Below, piece after piece: positions 59,031 to 64,000 of a stretch of 64,000 nt of DNA. The stretch is from Raillietiella orientalis (taxonomy: Eukaryota), in NCBI GenBank assembly GCA_036172245.1, contig JAYWIR010000027.1, positions 868,001 to 932,000 of the forward strand. Reading direction: 5' to 3'. The notes beneath the pieces are model-generated. The model did no database searches and was not told the origin of the DNA. It worked only from the letters and a program-made list of their open reading frames with translations. How positions within the stretch are numbered: the stretch's first letter is position 1; each line of letters starts with the position of its first letter. Both the position numbers and the translations under genes were made by a program.

Positions 59031-60248
59031 CAACCAGGAAGGCGTGACGGGAAGTGTGGGGGAGCGAGTCCGGATCAGGGCGTCGCTCCCTGCTTCGTTC
59101 CTCCTCCTCCCCAGCGCGTCACCTGGCAACCGGTGGCGGGGACCCCCGCAGGCGACGGCGGAGCCGCCCCAAGGAGGAGGAGGGGAGACCGAGCAGAGAG
59201 AAGAGGATGAGGAGGACGAGGAAGGGGACGCACAGGTGGGGGTCAAGAGCGCCTCCTCTTGCCAGGGCCTCCCCCCTCCGCCACCTCCCCTCTTCCTGCT
59301 TTATTCCGGAAAACATCCCTCCCTCTCCCAAACCCTGCCCGCCCCGCTGCCAGGAACGAGGGGAGGAGCTCTGACGGTGCAGAGCGTTTCCGGAACTGGG
59401 AGAGGCGGCGTCCGGGAAAAAGGGGAGAAAAGGGAGGCGCGCGGGAGAATTCCGGTCCAGGGAGAGGCGTGCTCTTCTCCTCCTCCTCCTCCTCCTCTTC
59501 CCTGAGCAAACCTCGCGCTCTCCCTTCCGGCGGGTGGTGCGGCCGGAAGGGAAGGCCGTTATCAGCTTCCGCACCCGCCGGACCGGAGATTCGGATCTCC
59601 CTGGGAGGTGTGCTGCGGAGGCTGGTGGAGGACGCGCCGCGGCGGGGAAGGGGAGGGGGGAGAGAGGAGAGGTAGGTTAGGATCCCGTCTTCCCGCCCTC
59701 CATTGCTCACTCCTCTTCCTCCTCCTCCCGGCCGGGAAGGGAGGAGGAGGCGAATGGAGGACGAAGAGTGAGGGGAGCGAGAAGTGGGAGAAAGGGAAGC
59801 AGGGCGGGCGTTGCCCAGTTGCCGGGAGGCCGTCGGCCGACGCCACGTTGAGCATGCGCGCACGCGGGTCCTTCCGGCGGCGGCAGCGACGGCCTCGACC
59901 GGACGCGCGCGTCCTGCAAGCCACGCCTTCCGAGTAAGAGGAAGCTAGGGGGAGGGAGGAGGGATCTCCCGCCCCTTGGAGGACCGAGGCTCCCGGATCC
60001 CTCTCTTCCCCCTGTCGGCCGGCCCTCGCTACTCATCTCCGACTTTCCCGGATTTGCGAGGGATCCGCGCCATTTTCAGGAGTCTCCCCCTGTCGGCGGT
60101 GCGCCTCCTCCTCCGATCTCCCGCTTCTCCTTCTCTTTCTCCCAGGGAAGGAACCAGAGTTTCTTGCTGCAATTCGGAAGGGTCACCCAGCGGGGGCGTG
60201 GACTCGCAGCACTTGTGCGTGTGTACGTGCCCTTTTCTTGTTCCTCGG

Positions 60249-60962
60249 ATGGCTCTCCTGCCAGATGGGGACCACGAGGGGGTGAGCCCAATGGAACGAT
60301 TCGACGATCTCTTCGCAGCAGAGGAAAGACCCTCAGCTCAGAGGAGCTCTCCAAACTGTCCGGACGACTACGCGGCCGGAGGATCGCAGCGCCCGTCCGC
60401 TCCCACCAGCATTCTGGACCTCACCCTTCGGTTTCGCTGGAGAGTTCCAGGGCTGGCGAGATCTGAGCCCGGATCTGTCTCTGGGTCTTGCAGCGCCTCT
60501 TCCCGGGCTTGCCCCCCCCCTTCCCTTCTAGGGACCTCGTTGCTCCACCCGATCGCTGATCCAGGTTCACATCTGTCAGCTGCGACCTTCCCCCTTTTCG
60601 TGCAGCTTCCAGGGGACACGCGGGGACTCACGAAGTTTCATGTCGCCACGTCCATGATTTCTCCCTCCGCAACCTGCCTCCCACTTCTCTTGTTTGATCG
60701 GTCTCGAGTGGAAGTAGTTATTCCTGCCCTCCTTAAAGGTCCTCTGAGGGCTTTGAGAGTAGCAGAAGAGTCTGGACTCGTCATTCCGCCTCCCAGGAGG
60801 AAACTTGGAAGGTTTCCAGGTGCTCCAGGAGCTCCTTTGGTCAGAACATCTCCGACTGTCGGAGGCAGACTGGCAAGGTTTCTTTTCCCTTCTCTCCTCT
60901 TTCAGGAGAAGGCGTGCGAAAGGTGCGCACGAGTCACACGAGCAGAGAGTGTCCATTTGTGA
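60249..60962 (+). CDS. Hypothetical single-exon protein (about 237 aa)
   Basis: MALLPDGDHEGVSPMERFDDLFAAEE... lies in a 328-codon open frame with balanced composition. Weak resemblance to the orphan family (SASSRACPPPSLL). Confidence 0.3.
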   Translation: MALLPDGDHEGVSPMERFDDLFAAEERPSAQRSSPNCPDDYAAGGSQRPSAPTSILDLTLRFRWRVPGLARSEPGSVSGSCSASSRACPPPSLLGTSLLHPIADPGSHLSAATFPLFVQLPGDTRGLTKFHVATSMISPSATCLPLLLFDRSRVEVVIPALLKGPLRALRVAEESGLVIPPPRRKLGRFPGAPGAPLVRTSPTVGGRLARFLFPSLLFQEKACERCARVTRAESVHL

Positions 60963-63900
60963 CGAGTGTGAGGCGAAGTGAAGCTGGGAACGCGCGATCT
61001 CAGAAAAGGAGGGACTAGGAATGAAGTCCGGCGACCGTTGGTGCGTGCTACGGGAGTGCCTTTCGTCGATTTTGCCCCTCCCCCCCCAGAGACAATTCCG
61101 TTTCTTCGAGGAGACTTTCGCACCGCGAGCTATGGAACGCGACTTGGGTCGTGGAGCATGAGGATCCTCAAGACTGACGCAGATGCTACACTGGTCATCT
61201 CTAGTAAGGGCAGAAACGTAATCCTCTTTTCCAGCAGCTTACTTTTGTGTTTTGAAAGGCAAGGAATGGAGCTTGAATTCGAGTCCGAGACTCTGCGTCC
61301 CTTGTATCCTTTTTTTTTCGTTCTCTAAGTACCTCAAGAGCCAGTCGAGTGCCTCGCGGCGCACGTGGCTCTTTAACGCTGTTCCACGCCACCCGCAGAG
61401 GGTGCGTGTAATTCTTCAAGATAGGGGGCACCCCGGAAGGGATGGGTCCTCCCTATGGATCCAGGAAGGGCTCGAAGTCCGTTCCTTTCACGCTTGGGGA
61501 GGGATCCACCCGGGAGGAGGGGGATCGCACCTCCCACCCTGGTTGCCTCCGAAGGAAAACCCAGAAGGGAATCTCCTTCCTCATTCTCTCCGGAGGGATC
61601 CCCCGGGAGGAGGGGTCCTCCCCATTTCATCTTCTCCGAAGGGAAGCTTAGTGACGCTCGCAAACCTCCCATCTCAAGTATTAATAATGGATAGTGCGCT
61701 GCATTGTTAGCTCACGTATCTAGGAGACAAGCCTGGGGTATTAATAGATCGCGAGATGCGTGCCCTGCATTGTTAGCAGCACCTCCGTATGGACTGCACG
61801 CTTGGAGCACAGACAGAAAACAAAATGTTTTCTCCAAGTCGCCCTACGATTGTCATCCGCAGATGAGAGGTGCACTTCGTCAAAGAACATGCGACTGGCG
61901 CCACGCTGCAGAATTCATACTTGTTGACCGAGAGGCGACAGAATGCAATGCCGTTCGTATAATCTAACACATGAAGAGTGATCAATAACGAACCGAGGAG
62001 GACTTTATTCGCATACTGATGTTATGTATAACTGACGAAAGCCATACGCCACGAGCTTTGCCTCCCACAGCATCCAGATTTTGATCCGGTTCCTGGAAAA
62101 TGAGTTTTTATTGATTTCCATCAGGGCTTACAGTTCAACAGAATAGGTATCCGTAAATCAAAGTGTATGAGAGGATCCCCATGATGCAACATTATAAAAC
62201 ATTATAGAAAATGCCAGACACAATGTATTTGATTAAATAGTAGTCGATTAATGCTCGGAAACATTCATTTCTTTCTCCGCACGGTGAGAATTATTGTTTT
62301 CTTGCACAGGGACGACCCTCTTTCACGTAGATATAATTCACAATTTGACCATGCACAACACATGGACCATTCGGTAATGTGATGCAAACAGGAAAGGTGA
62401 CCACCACACGCGAAAAGATCTCAAGAGAACCACTCGACGGCCTTTTTTCACATTCAGTTATACGAGGTCACGTGCAAGTTAGCAGGAAAGAAGTTGCTGG
62501 CGTTGTGTCGCAGCTGAAGGGTATTTCCAAGTGTTTTCATGGGAGGCGCTGCATTTCCGGAAATCTCCAAGGCACCATCCCCTTCTGTTGCTACAAAGGC
62601 AATTTGGAAACCGCGCGTCCCCCTGGAATTTGAAAGTCCATGGTTTTGGGCTGCGGCCCGCGACTGCGATGCTCATGGCAAGGAACCACCGCACAGTAAT
62701 TGGCGTTTTATTCATGTTGAAATAATTTGCTTCGCGGTTTCGTGCTGCACTGAAGCATCCTGGAAGCACCTGACGACGCACGCTCTTTGTTCACCGATTC
62801 CACCTCTTCTTCCAGTTCGGAGGAATGCGGAGATCACGAGTTCTCCGAAGGGGAAGCGAAAGGAGAGAAACCAGGAAAGGATAGGAAGGTGCAGCTGCTG
62901 CTGCAGGTGTTTCCTGAATGGGAAGCTGCAGATGCCCACAGACGACCCAACTCCGGATTCGACACGGAGAGGACAAAGAAAGCCCTACAGCAAGAGTAAT
63001 TCGGCTGCGGAATTTCGGATTCTGGGAAGTGCAGGAATAAACCCTGACGTTTCGTTCGGGGTCCAGTGGGGCCGGCGCGCGTCCCCCGAGAGGAACACTG
63101 CGGTGACAGGCCGCGCCCTCTCGGTTCCACCGTGAACGGCTTCCACCAGCAAAGGGACGGAGCGCACACACCTCGGGGTGTTTTCCCCTTGAGAGTGCGG
63201 GAGGAAACGCGTACCCGAGGTCAAAACCTCCAGGGTCGACGTTTGGCTTCCCTTTGCACAGAGGAGTCACAATCGGAGGTTTACCTTCGCGCGCGAAAGT
63301 TGAAGTTCCATGCCCACGGGGCACATCGGGGTGCATGGTGGGGGAAGTGGGGAGGAAGAGGGATGCGAGGACGACCCGCCGATCGGAGGGTGCGGGAGGA
63401 GGAAACCATGGCGACTGCGTCGACGATGCTTCGCCTCAAAAACCTGACTGAAAGAAACTCCGGCACCCGGCTGCAGAAAACGGGGGACCGGTGCTGCGAA
63501 CTTCCATTCTGCTGTTGCCTCGAAGGCCGCACCGATCCCCTCCCCGTCGGTCGGTGTCTTCAGACGTCCCTGGCGGAGACGCTGCCGTTGTTTTTTTTCT
63601 TCCTTTTTCCCTTCCCCGTTGGCTACGCGGGAAGCAATGCGATGGGAAGAAGGATCACTTCCGCTCGCCCTCTCTTTTTCGTCGTCGGAAAAGTTTTCCG
63701 CATTTAAGGAAGCTGCTTCGCGCTTGCGCACGCGGAGTTGCTACGGCAAGGCTGTGTCGCATGCAGCCACCTCTGTCCTGGTGAGGCTGGCGCCTCTCAG
63801 GTGCTCCCCCCCCCACACCGAGTGCTCTTTCGCTCGTCACTCGAAGCGAGAACCTCCTTGGTGAGTGACCTCATTAAAAAGTTTGTCCAGCTGCGTGAAC

Positions 63901-64000
63901 AGGGAAAGTTCGTTCGAAGGGGGAGGTGGGTTGGGAAAAAGGGGAAGATCTCGATCGGGAAAGGGAGTTCCCGGATCCGAGAAAAGCTGCCATCGGGGAT

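Overview
Eukaryotic, almost certainly arthropod, genomic DNA with spliceosomal GT-AG introns; most ORF-track entries are GC-rich artefacts. Five spliced genes can be reconstructed by hand: (1) the 3' part of filamin (cheerio-type, 1-14428, +); (2) snRNP SmF (16146-14561, -), tail-to-tail with filamin; (3) a BTB/BACK 'serine-enriched protein'-type gene (24765-19040, -); (4) centriolar SAS-6 (32762-35487, +); (5) a secreted, Cys-rich repeat protein of unknown function (58839 to at least 39766, -). The window is a mosaic of very GC/CpG-rich blocks and AT-rich, CpG-depleted blocks, with introns as short as 41-50 nt in the latter. Best leads: (a) a dispersed orphan protein family sharing D-A-[AG]-T-x4-P-[RK]-x-L, with a well-supported inverted pair at 27.3-29.4 kb carrying P[S/T]APP and weaker copies nested in introns of other genes; (b) a chain of stop-containing or frame-shifting micro-exons and hairpins inside the SmF intron; (c) a probable internal promoter and in-frame alternative first exon giving a very short filamin. 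No rRNA, tRNA, CRISPR array or intact transposon could be supported. All alignments were made by eye and no database searches were run.
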